From the IMG/VR virus record IMGVR_UViG_3300042431_000999, positions 1 to 36,468 of that record: DNA of 36,468 nucleotides. One strand, written 5' to 3'. Both the position numbers and the translations under genes were made by a program. Positions 18,435 through 27,407 of this stretch are shown here, piece by piece. The stretch is from a virus. Lineage: Duplodnaviria; Caudoviricetes. Each line of letters begins with the position of its first letter. Position 1 is the stretch's first letter. The notes beneath the pieces were generated by a model that was given only the letters and a program-made list of their open reading frames with translations, ran no database searches and was not told the DNA's origin.

Positions 18435-20165
18435 ATGGCCGTAGATGACTTGCTGTATTGGAACGGATCCATCTGGATGTCCTTGAGCGGACCACAAGGC
18501 CCGCAAGGATTGCAGGGGGATCAGGGTTTGCCCGGCGAACCCGGTCCCAAGGGTGATCCCGGCCCGCAAGGTCCGGAAGGCCAGCAGGGTATCCAAGGTG
18601 ATGCCGGAAGCGGCGTGGTGATCAAGGGCACCATGACCACCTACCCGCCTGATGCCGCCCCCAATTCGGGGGATATGTGGATCGTGGGCGACACTGTTCC
18701 CCCAGGCGCACCACCTGATGCCGAACCCGGAGACGGCATCGTCTGGACCGGTTCGGAGTGGGTCAATGTCGGTCCAATCCGCGGCCCAGTCGGCCCTCAG
18801 GGCATTCAGGGCCCATCTGGCGTGGATGGCCCGCAAGGTCCAGCCGGTTCACAAGGCGAACCCGGCGTTGCCGGACCGCAGGGTGAAGCCGGGCCACAGG
18901 GTTCGCAGGGATTGCCCGGGGAAACCGGCCCGCAGGGTCCCCAAGGCGTGCAGGGTGACCCCGGCCCAGCCGGTGCCGACAGCACTGTCGCTGGCCCGGC
19001 AGGTCCGCAGGGCGAAACCGGACCCGCAGGACCACCCGGCGCGGATGGGGCTCAGGGCATTCAAGGTCCGTCTGGAGTGGATGGAGCGCAAGGCCCTGAA
19101 GGTCCCCAAGGATTGCAGGGCCCTACTGGCGAAGCTGGCCCCCAAGGCGATCAGGGTTTGCCTGGCGAGGCTGGCCAACAAGGTTTGCCCGGCAACACTG
19201 GTCCGCAGGGTCCAGAGGGTCCCGCTGGCGCAAAAGGCGATCAGGGCTTAAATGGCGATACTGGCGCACAAGGCATCCAAGGATTAACGGGCGAAACTGG
19301 ACCTCAGGGACCACAGGGACCTACAGGTCCGAAGGGCGACCAGGGTATCCAAGGTCCAGCCGGACCTCAGTATCCAAGCGCTTTGGGTACGCCTGCTGTC
19401 GCTGAATACCTGAAGATCTGGCCGACCCTAGCCTCGACCACGCTGAAGGATTCCACCGTCCGCGAGGTGGTGTTTGCGGGCCTTGATCAGACCACGGCTC
19501 CCGAACCAACTGTCGCCTTGAAAACCAAGACCGGCAACCTGTCGTTTGCGGCGGCGGCGACAGACCTGACCGGGCCGATCTCCTCGGGTGTCCGATTGGG
19601 TACTGCGGCGGGCACCTACCACCCTCTCCTGAACCCGGCGGCGGCGCTGAATTACATTGAGGGCAGCACCCAGGTCAAGGGTTACCTCAAGGTCGTGCAG
19701 GGACCGGAGTGGGCTAGCCCGTACCAGTACCCGTCTCTATCAATCCCGATTTCAGCCCTGAACAACTTCACCTCCGGTACTACAGGTTTGCCGGGGGACA
19801 TTCGGATATCCGACTCTTATCTATTCGTTTGCGTGCGGACGAATGCCTGGGGCCGAATTCCTCTGCAAGCGTTTGCGCCGAGCCACGATGTCACCACGCT
19901 GGAGACCAAGGCCAACATCATCTCCGCGGCTCCTGAAGTGGTTAGCCTTTCCGCGGGCCCTGTGACCATCCGGGTCACCGGTGACGGCTTTGTCACCGAC
20001 ACGGTAGTGCGTGGGTACGGGGTATCCAACTGCTGCGTGATGTCAAAAACCGAGTTGGTGTTCACCTACGACCCTGCTGCCGCGCCTGCTGGTGACAGCG
20101 TTGAGTTGGAGTTGCGTGATGACTGTGGCACCAAAGCAACGATCTTCCTGCTGTTGACCCCATAA
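18435..20165 (+). CDS. Long collagen-like fibre protein with C-terminal Ig-like (IPT/TIG-like) domain
   Basis: Extended Gly-X-Y tract (~18770-19370); C-terminal [10 protein letters not shown]...TELVF. Confidence 0.85.
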   Translation: MAVDDLLYWNGSIWMSLSGPQGPQGLQGDQGLPGEPGPKGDPGPQGPEGQQGIQGDAGSGVVIKGTMTTYPPDAAPNSGDMWIVGDTVPPGAPPDAEPGDGIVWTGSEWVNVGPIRGPVGPQGIQGPSGVDGPQGPAGSQGEPGVAGPQGEAGPQGSQGLPGETGPQGPQGVQGDPGPAGADSTVAGPAGPQGETGPAGPPGADGAQGIQGPSGVDGAQGPEGPQGLQGPTGEAGPQGDQGLPGEAGQQGLPGNTGPQGPEGPAGAKGDQGLNGDTGAQGIQGLTGETGPQGPQGPTGPKGDQGIQGPAGPQYPSALGTPAVAEYLKIWPTLASTTLKDSTVREVVFAGLDQTTAPEPTVALKTKTGNLSFAAAATDLTGPISSGVRLGTAAGTYHPLLNPAAALNYIEGSTQVKGYLKVVQGPEWASPYQYPSLSIPISALNNFTSGTTGLPGDIRISDSYLFVCVRTNAWGRIPLQAFAPSHDVTTLETKANIISAAPEVVSLSAGPVTIRVTGDGFVTDTVVRGYGVSNCCVMSKTELVFTYDPAAAPAGDSVELELRDDCGTKATIFLLLTP

Positions 20166-20175
20166 GGAGACTCCC

Positions 20176-20475
20176 ATGAGCGATGACAAACAGACCGTCA
20201 CGCCAATCGCCAGCCAGGCCCTCCAGCCGATGTTGGCGAGTCTGGCAACGATTGTGGCCACCCTGCTGGGCACCAGCACGATGGTGAGCCCGATTAACGC
20301 CAACCAGGGCAAGATGCTGTCCGAGATGCTGGAACTCAACAAGTCCATCTCCGAGCAGACGAGGGTCATGGCGGAGGTGGTGAAGTCCAACAATGTCATC
20401 GCCAACCAGGTGGCGGCCAAGTTGGACAGCATCAACACCCGGCTGGACGGGCTGGAGAAGAAGCTGGCCAAGTGA
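20176..20475 (+). CDS. Small membrane-anchored coiled-coil protein, holin/lysis position
   Basis: One hydrophobic segment (MLASLATIVATLLG) then a coiled coil; TAAGGAG RBS. Confidence 0.55.
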   Translation: MSDDKQTVTPIASQALQPMLASLATIVATLLGTSTMVSPINANQGKMLSEMLELNKSISEQTRVMAEVVKSNNVIANQVAAKLDSINTRLDGLEKKLAK

Positions 20476-20514
20476 CTGATCAATCCCATCTACTAACGCG
20501 AAGGGGATAGAGAC

Positions 20515-21285
20515 ATGATATGTGGATTACTACTGACGTTATTCTGCCAGCGTGTTGAACTGCCGCCCACGATTCGTGCGGACATCGGGCAGTTTATAAC
20601 AGTTCGGCCCATCTCGGTTGATGGCGGCACTGTCGAATACTACCCGCTTGACCCGGGCCTGTCGGTGTTCCCGTCCAGCCTGCTGACTGACAAGACCGCG
20701 CTGGTGTTCACGGTTTACCAGCCGGGCCGGTATCGGATCATGGCGTACACCGCCAAGGGCAATGTGCCCAGCCCGCCCTCCATCACGACCATCGTGGTGG
20801 GTGGTGGCCCGGGTCCGAATCCAGGCCCAAGCCCCGGTCCACGCCCTGACCACGGTCCGGACAAGCCGGATTTCGGCCCGGACAAGCCACCGCAACCCGC
20901 TCCTCCGCCCCCACCTCCGCCACCGCCTGCGGACATCACCGAGGACCCGCTGTATCAGGCTTTTGAGTCAATCGCCGGTGGATTGCAGGAGCCGAACCAG
21001 AAGCGCAGTCTGACCCAGTACGGCAATGCCTGGACGAAGGCCGGACCGGTCGTCGAGGGCAAAAACCTGGGCCAGTGGAATAGTGCCGTCAAGAAGGCCG
21101 CCACCGAGGAGGGTCTGCCACTCGGGGCGATCTCGGCCATTCGGGAGCGTGTCGGAGTCGAGGTGGCAAATGTCGTGGGGACCGACCCGGCAATGGCCTT
21201 GTCCGGTGACAAGGGCAAGGCCGCCAAGGACCTCGGCGTGAAGTTTGGCCTGATCTTCCTGAAGCTTGCGGAGAACAGCAAATGA
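20515..21285 (+). CDS. Secreted Pro-rich two-domain protein
   Basis: Signal-like N-terminus MICGLLLTLFC, beta domain, poly-Pro linker, helical C-domain. Confidence 0.7.
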   Translation: MICGLLLTLFCQRVELPPTIRADIGQFITVRPISVDGGTVEYYPLDPGLSVFPSSLLTDKTALVFTVYQPGRYRIMAYTAKGNVPSPPSITTIVVGGGPGPNPGPSPGPRPDHGPDKPDFGPDKPPQPAPPPPPPPPPADITEDPLYQAFESIAGGLQEPNQKRSLTQYGNAWTKAGPVVEGKNLGQWNSAVKKAATEEGLPLGAISAIRERVGVEVANVVGTDPAMALSGDKGKAAKDLGVKFGLIFLKLAENSK

Positions 21286-22190
21286 GTGATGAAGAGAACA
21301 ACATGCCCGAAGGTCTGGAGGGTGGTGGTGGTTGGCATCATGACCCCGAGAAGGTCGCCGCTATTCAGTCCACCCTGCCCCAGCCAGTCTGGGGTGGCAC
21401 ACCCGCCGCAAGCCTGAGCGACTACCCGAAGGAAATCTTCGGGTGGCGACTGTGGAAGGAAGCCACCGGCACCGAGTGGCCTGTCCTCAACCAGGGACAG
21501 GTGGGCAGTTGCTGCTCGTTCGGTGCCAGCCACGCCGTCATGTACAGCCAAGCAGCTGAAGCCGTCATGGGGGATGAAGAGACTCCGCTTATTCCCTGCA
21601 TGGAGTTCATCTACGGAGTTAGCCGCGTGCAGGTGGGTGGAGGTCAACTGGGCCGGGGAGACGGCTCCCTTGGCGTGTGGGTCGCCAAGGCTGTCAGGGA
21701 CTATGGCATCCTGGAACAGGCCCAGCACGGGCAGTATGACTGCCGCAAGTACAACCAAGACCGATGCCGGGACTGGGGGTCCAGTGGACCTCCCCAAGAG
21801 TTACTCGGTGAGGCCCGCGACAACAAGGTCGGCGCAATCACCCAGATGAGATCCTTCGAGGATTGTGTTCAGGCCCTCGCCCAAGGTTATGGGGTGAACC
21901 TCTGTAGCCAGCAGGGTTTCTCCAGCACACGGGACGGACAAGGGTTCGCAGACCCGAAGGGTACTTGGTCCCACTCGATGGCCGCGATTGCCTACCGTCT
22001 GGATCGGCCCGGGCTGTTCATCTGCAACTCTTGGGGCACGGCGTATTTCTCAGGTGGTCGATACCCTGACGACATGCCGCTCCAAGGGTTTTGGGCCGAC
22101 AAGTCAGTTGTTGAACGAATGCTGGACTGTGGGGACTCGTGGTCTCACAGCAACGTGGATGGTTTCCCACTGAAGAAGCTGTCCTGGTGA
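21282..22190 (+). CDS. Papain-like (C1 family) cysteine peptidase
   Basis: NQGQVGSCCSFG (Gln/Cys), WSHSMA (His) and ICNSWG (Asn) catalytic motifs in the correct order. Confidence 0.9.
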   Translation: MSDEENNMPEGLEGGGGWHHDPEKVAAIQSTLPQPVWGGTPAASLSDYPKEIFGWRLWKEATGTEWPVLNQGQVGSCCSFGASHAVMYSQAAEAVMGDEETPLIPCMEFIYGVSRVQVGGGQLGRGDGSLGVWVAKAVRDYGILEQAQHGQYDCRKYNQDRCRDWGSSGPPQELLGEARDNKVGAITQMRSFEDCVQALAQGYGVNLCSQQGFSSTRDGQGFADPKGTWSHSMAAIAYRLDRPGLFICNSWGTAYFSGGRYPDDMPLQGFWADKSVVERMLDCGDSWSHSNVDGFPLKKLSW

Positions 22191-22318
22191 CCAACCTGGG
22201 AGTGGTGCTTCGGCAGGCGACAGGGCCGTGCGCGTCAGGCACCCCCTCCACTCTCAGGCCATACACCCGGTGCCGGGTTGATATCAAGGGGGCACCCCCG
22301 ACGAGTATGAGGTGTTTT

Positions 22319-22669
22319 ATGCGCTATGTCCTGATTGCCGTGTCCATGCTGTCCATGCTGTCCGTTGCCCAAGCTGGTCCCCTGCGTATCCGCGCTGAGG
22401 CCCGTGCTGAGGAGGCGGCACAACGTGCTGGCAAGGTCGTTGTCCTGTCCGATGGTAAACCAGCCCTGTTGAGGGGTGGTCAACTCTACCGGATCGAGAA
22501 GGATTCCGAAACCGGTGACCTCACCGTCTCCAGCAAGGGACTGCTGGCTGTCGGTCGTGAATCCTTCTCCAAGCCCGTGGTGGACCCAGTTCCCGCACCA
22601 GCCCCCTCAACCCGGCCCGCTCCTGTTGGTCGCCCACGCCGGACGACCTACTACGAGTTCGGCAACTGA
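22319..22669 (+). CDS. Secreted hypothetical protein
   Basis: Signal peptide MRYVLIAVSMLSMLSVAQA-G; GAGGTG RBS. Confidence 0.7.
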   Translation: MRYVLIAVSMLSMLSVAQAGPLRIRAEARAEEAAQRAGKVVVLSDGKPALLRGGQLYRIEKDSETGDLTVSSKGLLAVGRESFSKPVVDPVPAPAPSTRPAPVGRPRRTTYYEFGN

Positions 22670-22781
22670 TGCGTGAATTGACCCCGGCGGTCTGCTGGGG
22701 AACCGGTTTCTGGCGGCCATGCCATGCTTCTCCACCCTGTGGATGTGCCCCGCAGGTTTCTCTCGGGACGGAGTCCGACTG

Positions 22782-23132
22782 ATGCGAACACTCGCAATCC
22801 TATTGCTGATATCAATCCTGCAAGCTGCCCACAGTGGCCCGTTTGGCGTGTTCCGGCGGGGTGGTGGTGGACCGGTCAACACGACCGCCAACGCCGCGCA
22901 AGGTGCGGTTCAGGGGGTGTTCTCCAGCGCTCAGGGCGTGAGCGAATACATGGCCCGAACCGGCAGAATCGGTCACTTCGGGGGCAATTCCGGGTTTGAG
23001 GGCGTGGGCATGGGGGCGACTGCGGCGCAGGCTATTGCCAACACCTGCCGGCCACGCTCGGGTGGATACCCGAGGGAGACTGGCGTGTCACAGGGCGCCA
23101 ACGGCATGTTCTACGCCTGCAACAGATGGTAG
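22782..23132 (+). CDS. Secreted minimal CAP/SCP-like protein
   Basis: Signal peptide; AQ..SEYMA..G.IGH.GG...EGVG...A.ANTC....GV.QG.NG.FYAC pattern. Confidence 0.6.
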   Translation: MRTLAILLLISILQAAHSGPFGVFRRGGGGPVNTTANAAQGAVQGVFSSAQGVSEYMARTGRIGHFGGNSGFEGVGMGATAAQAIANTCRPRSGGYPRETGVSQGANGMFYACNRW

Positions 23133-23163
23133 AATCCCGGCAACCTGTTACATTGTTCTGGTG

Positions 23164-23192
23164 ACCCGGTGGGACTGTCCTCCCGGGTTTTT
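23164..23192 (+). terminator. Rho-independent terminator
   Basis: ACCCGG...CCGGGT stem followed by a T tract. Confidence 0.6.
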
Positions 23193-23218
23193 CCACATCA
23201 TGGCGAACGGACTCCACC

Positions 23219-23464
23219 ATGACCACGATTGACCTCATCTATCGGAAGCTTTCTGAACTGACCGACGAAAAGATCGAGGCCAGCACCCCATTGCGGGACA
23301 CTGGCCTCGACTCGTTTGACCTGATTCAGCTTGCCTACGAATTGGACCTGCCGAACACCTACTCCACGAAGGAGCTAGGTTCCATGTCGCTCATTGATTA
23401 CGCGCGTTTGCTGGATGAGCAGAATCCCGATCCGCTAATTCCTCAGGCTGGGCCGGTTTCGTAA
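23219..23464 (+). CDS. Acyl carrier protein-like protein
   Basis: 81 aa, acidic; STPLRDTGLDSFDLIQLAYEL matches the phosphopantetheine attachment motif LG.DS(L). Confidence 0.7.
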   Translation: MTTIDLIYRKLSELTDEKIEASTPLRDTGLDSFDLIQLAYELDLPNTYSTKELGSMSLIDYARLLDEQNPDPLIPQAGPVS

Positions 23465-23780
23465 ACTCCAGCGTAAACCCACCGTTTTCGATGCCTGCTG
23501 CGTCCTCTGCCCAAATCCGCCCAAGGACCCACCTGAGTGCCCGGACTGCCTCGTGGGATGATTCCATGCGAGATGCACGGGTCAGCAGGAGCCAGCCATT
23601 TAGGGGCTGGTAGACCCCGAGGTACTGCCACCCGTGGGGCATCATGACACGCACGAAGTGGGTGCTGTGGGCGGACCCGTCAGAATCCACCCGGCTGAAC
23701 TGGTACAGGTACTGACGACCATGTCCGTTCAGTGTCAGGGTCGTTTCGGTATCACAGAGAGACTGCTCGATCGTGTTCAT
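23391..23780 (-). CDS. Hypothetical protein resembling the N-terminal domain of phage DUF6011-type proteins
   Basis: FVRVM....QYLGVY....G.L.LTRAS...S..VRALRW pattern; GGAGG RBS; no C-terminal zinc ribbon. Confidence 0.55.
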   Translation of the reverse strand: MNTIEQSLCDTETTLTLNGHGRQYLYQFSRVDSDGSAHSTHFVRVMMPHGWQYLGVYQPLNGWLLLTRASRMESSHEAVRALRWVLGRIWAEDAAGIENGGFTLEFTKPAQPEELADRDSAHPANARNQ

Positions 23781-23887
23781 GGTTCCTCCGGTAGCGTAAA
23801 CATGTCAACGGATTGTATACACGATCCTTGCATCCTGTCCACTGGTATGCTGGAAATAATGCGTACCCGGTTGATGGAGGAGATCAG

Positions 23888-25645
23888 ATGCTATCCTATG
23901 CTGGTGAACCACTACCACTTGTTACCGGTGAACTGAAGGGGTGGCTAGACTCGTACCTCTCCACTGCTGACCTGCGTATATCCGAACAGCGTCAGGCCAC
24001 GATTGGCAGTCTGCCGTGTCTTCAGGGCATGGATCAGCCCGCAATGAGGCTAAGCCGTCTGAGTTGGCCAACCGGTCTGAGCCGGTACGCCAGCGCCCTT
24101 TTCTGCTGCACCTATTCGCAGCTAGACCGAATTCTGAGGGTGGTGGATACCCCCGGGGCCCAGCAACGACAGCCTGCTGACTTGAGGATCGGCAAGGACA
24201 TCACGGTCAAAATGCACCTGCTGACCCCGGTGCAGGTCGCGGGCAAACCCTTGACTGGGGACGGACTACTGCCGGTTGATGTGGAGACTGACCCGGCTGG
24301 TAACTACAAGGACCCCGGCCAGCTATGGTTGCTCCCCTTGGTGGACGAGCGTTTTTTCCTCCTCGCCGGTTGCCTGCATGACATGAAGTCTTCCCTGACC
24401 TGGGAGGATTGGTTCAAGTCCGTCCACGAATCGACTTCAATCAACTGCACGGTGGATACCATCGATGCCAAGTTCGGCTACCCTGGCGGCTTGTTCTACG
24501 ACTTACCCAAGGATTCCCCAGGCTTGCCCGTGCTGGCCGACAACGCGGCCTACTGCATCGGTCGGCGGTATGTGCGGCAACTGAGTGGTGACTACGCCCT
24601 GCAGACCTATGACAAGGCCCTGCCTCTGGTGACACCCGTCACAGGGTTTGGGGTGATTGCTGGATCTCGGAACAACCCTGCCCCCATCGTGCTGCCCAAG
24701 GGTGGAGCCTTCAGCATCTACGGGTCGGACACGGCAATCGATGTGGTGGCGGACACGCTGGACACTTGGCCCGGCCACACAAGGTGGCATGGCGGGCGCA
24801 ACTTCCACCTTCGGTGCAAGGTCTCCGACACGGCCAAGGCTGAGGATTACGCCAAGGCTTTCCTGAAGGAGACCCTGAGATGGCGGTTCATCCACCAGGA
24901 TGTGACGTTTGCGGACGCAAAGCCGTTCACCCTGACGGGTGGTGAAGACCGCCTCGAGATCACGGTCAACGCTGATTCGGTGACCACCAGGGTGTATGCG
25001 CGGCATTCGGAGTGGCACGACACGCTGTCGGTTCGGTTCACCGAGACCTACAACGCCGAGGATTGTGAGGGGTGCGGTGGTGGTGGTGGTGGCACTGTGG
25101 CGGGCCCGGAAAACTGCCCGCGGGTGTCCCATGTCGGTTGCACCGCCGGGATTATGACCGTCGGCTACCAACTCGCCTGTGAGTCCATCCCGGACCCGGT
25201 GCAGGGTCCCCCGGCGGGCGGTCCCGTCGGCACCATCGTCATGTGGGGCACCTCCACCATCCCCAACGGTTGGCTGGAGTGCGACGGCAAGGAGTTTGAC
25301 CCCACGGTCTTCCCTGAACTGTTCGATGTCCTGGGAGACCGGTATGTGCCGGACCTGCGGAACCAGTTCGTGCGAGGCAAGGGTGACAAGACTGGGGCGT
25401 TGCTGTCCAAGAAGGCATGGACGACAGGTATGCCCAAGACCCCGTTCAAGGCATCCGCCGCGGGCGGTCACGACCACTCTGGTGGCGTGATGCCGGGGAG
25501 CATGACGGGCAACACATCCCCTGGCGGTTTCATGCAGGGCCGGACCGGGCGTGAGGCGGACCATGTCCACACCATCACCGGGGGTGACACCGAGACGGCC
25601 CCGGACCATGTGATCCTCCTCTATATCATCAAGGCGGAAATCTGA
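23888..25645 (+). CDS. Tail protein with C-terminal phage tail collar domain
   Basis: PVGTIVMWG...PNGWLECDG.......PELFDVLG...VPDLRNQFVRG; GGAGG RBS. Confidence 0.8.
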   Translation: MLSYAGEPLPLVTGELKGWLDSYLSTADLRISEQRQATIGSLPCLQGMDQPAMRLSRLSWPTGLSRYASALFCCTYSQLDRILRVVDTPGAQQRQPADLRIGKDITVKMHLLTPVQVAGKPLTGDGLLPVDVETDPAGNYKDPGQLWLLPLVDERFFLLAGCLHDMKSSLTWEDWFKSVHESTSINCTVDTIDAKFGYPGGLFYDLPKDSPGLPVLADNAAYCIGRRYVRQLSGDYALQTYDKALPLVTPVTGFGVIAGSRNNPAPIVLPKGGAFSIYGSDTAIDVVADTLDTWPGHTRWHGGRNFHLRCKVSDTAKAEDYAKAFLKETLRWRFIHQDVTFADAKPFTLTGGEDRLEITVNADSVTTRVYARHSEWHDTLSVRFTETYNAEDCEGCGGGGGGTVAGPENCPRVSHVGCTAGIMTVGYQLACESIPDPVQGPPAGGPVGTIVMWGTSTIPNGWLECDGKEFDPTVFPELFDVLGDRYVPDLRNQFVRGKGDKTGALLSKKAWTTGMPKTPFKASAAGGHDHSGGVMPGSMTGNTSPGGFMQGRTGREADHVHTITGGDTETAPDHVILLYIIKAEI

Positions 25646-26142
25646 TGGCGAAGTTCAACTGCAAGGGGCAGCAGCCCCAGGTGCCATACCGTCCCGTCTA
25701 CCTCCAATGCTGGGGTCTTGGCAGGCTCCCAGGTGCCCTGCTCATCGATGTGGGTCCGGTGGTCAAAAACCCGGCATGGACCGGTCCCGACCTTTGCGGT
25801 GGCTACACGGTGAAGGATTCGGCCATGCCCCGCAGGCCCTGCACCTACACCTACGAGTGGAGCGGGTTGGACAACTTCGGCATCGTTCTGACCACCGGGT
25901 CGTTCGACTACAGCAGCAACACCCGCTCCGAGTTCCCGGTCTCCGACACGATCGACCAGAACCCGCTCCTGACAGACCCCGCTGGCAAGCCGCGCTGGTA
26001 TGTCGGCGGCAGCGGATCGCTTCAGCCGGGAGCAACCTCCTGGTGCAGCCGGGTGAACGGCATCACCAAGCTGGAGGTCGTCGGCACCTATCAGACCGAG
26101 ACCTGCATCGGCCCCATTCGCATCCACTACGAGGGACCCTGA
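25645..26142 (+). CDS. Cys-containing hypothetical virion protein
   Basis: TGATG coupling; 165 aa. Confidence 0.65.
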   Translation: MAKFNCKGQQPQVPYRPVYLQCWGLGRLPGALLIDVGPVVKNPAWTGPDLCGGYTVKDSAMPRRPCTYTYEWSGLDNFGIVLTTGSFDYSSNTRSEFPVSDTIDQNPLLTDPAGKPRWYVGGSGSLQPGATSWCSRVNGITKLEVVGTYQTETCIGPIRIHYEGP

Positions 26143-26143
26143 C

Positions 26144-27400
26144 ATGGTCGCTGGAGCCTATGCCGAACTGCTGGCCGGTGAGTGCCTGGTGAAACCCGCG
26201 ACCTGGGGAACCTATGGCAACACCAACATCGTCTGGCCTTACCGCCAGGTGAGCGTCTACAGCGTTTTCGGTTCGGTGGGTGGCACCAACCAGAACGCGG
26301 GCACCTGCGCCTGTGGATTCAACACCTTGGCCGATGGCAGCGTGGCCGCCGACAAGCCTGGGACCGAACCCCTGCCGGTCTTTTCCCTGCCGGGTTCGAC
26401 CTACAGCCGCGGGGTCATCTACGGGCGGCACCCCGATTCCACCTTCGACCCGCAGAAGGAACCCGTCCTCCTGGAGTCCAGGGATGGCCGGGATGTGTAC
26501 TTCAAGACCGCCGAGTTTGAGCCGTGGAGGAAGCGGTCCAAGTATCGCCCCGAGATCATCGGCAACACCGGGTACAAGACATTCGCCTCGGGTCCCCCGA
26601 TCAAGCATGGCATCCTCTGCCATTCGCTGCGCCGCCGCCTGAAGCGCAAGGAATCCCCGAACAACCGGGACTACAAGGGGCGCATGTCGTTCGACTTCCT
26701 CGATGCCGACCAGCCGGTCTACGGTCAGTCCGACTGGATGGGGCACCTGCACCCGGGTCACTACCTGTGGACGAACGAGGGAGTGCCGGAACCTTTGCTG
26801 GCGGTGCGTCACTATGAGGACGGCGGTTCGGACCCGGATCTGGACACCGACGGGGCCTTCAAGCATTTCTTGCCCTTCTGCGCCCCGATGCCCGTCTATG
26901 ACGAGAACGGCACCTCCATGGGGTCGTATATCGGCTACACGATGCAGCAAATCTTCGGCATGGGGTTCATCCACTTTGCCGATGCAACGAACTATGTGCC
27001 GGATCCGTCGAAGCCGGGCCGGTACATCCAGAAGAAGGTGTTTTTGCCCGACGATTACCGCTCTCCAATCAACCCGCAGACGGGCAAGCGCACCCGCCAG
27101 GTGAACCACCGGGAGCAGTTCTTCTCGCTGTCCTCGCACCTGTTCATGGTGGGCGACAACCCCAACCTGGGCAGTCCGCTCGTCGCCCGCACCCGGTACT
27201 GGTGGTACAACGACGGGTTGGTCACCGACCAGCCTTGGATCAACCGCCCGTATTTGTGCGGCTTTGTCGATCCGAAGATGTCCGCCGGGGCCTGGGACTT
27301 CCCCATCCAGTTCAACATCTTGGGTGCTGACGGCAACCCCGCCGCGCCCGAGAACATTCTGATCGGCCTGGAACCCGTCTCCACTTACCTGACAGCCTGA
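26144..27400 (+). CDS. Hypothetical virion-associated protein
   Basis: 418-aa ORF with GAGGG RBS, aromatic-rich. Confidence 0.65.
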   Translation: MVAGAYAELLAGECLVKPATWGTYGNTNIVWPYRQVSVYSVFGSVGGTNQNAGTCACGFNTLADGSVAADKPGTEPLPVFSLPGSTYSRGVIYGRHPDSTFDPQKEPVLLESRDGRDVYFKTAEFEPWRKRSKYRPEIIGNTGYKTFASGPPIKHGILCHSLRRRLKRKESPNNRDYKGRMSFDFLDADQPVYGQSDWMGHLHPGHYLWTNEGVPEPLLAVRHYEDGGSDPDLDTDGAFKHFLPFCAPMPVYDENGTSMGSYIGYTMQQIFGMGFIHFADATNYVPDPSKPGRYIQKKVFLPDDYRSPINPQTGKRTRQVNHREQFFSLSSHLFMVGDNPNLGSPLVARTRYWWYNDGLVTDQPWINRPYLCGFVDPKMSAGAWDFPIQFNILGADGNPAAPENILIGLEPVSTYLTA

Positions 27401-27407
27401 GGACCCC

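Noticed and set aside
14753-20165. Diversity-generating retroelement acting on fibre genes
   Set aside because: No reverse transcriptase and no adenine-specific TR/VR pair was seen; the repeats are ordinary fibre and collagen motifs.
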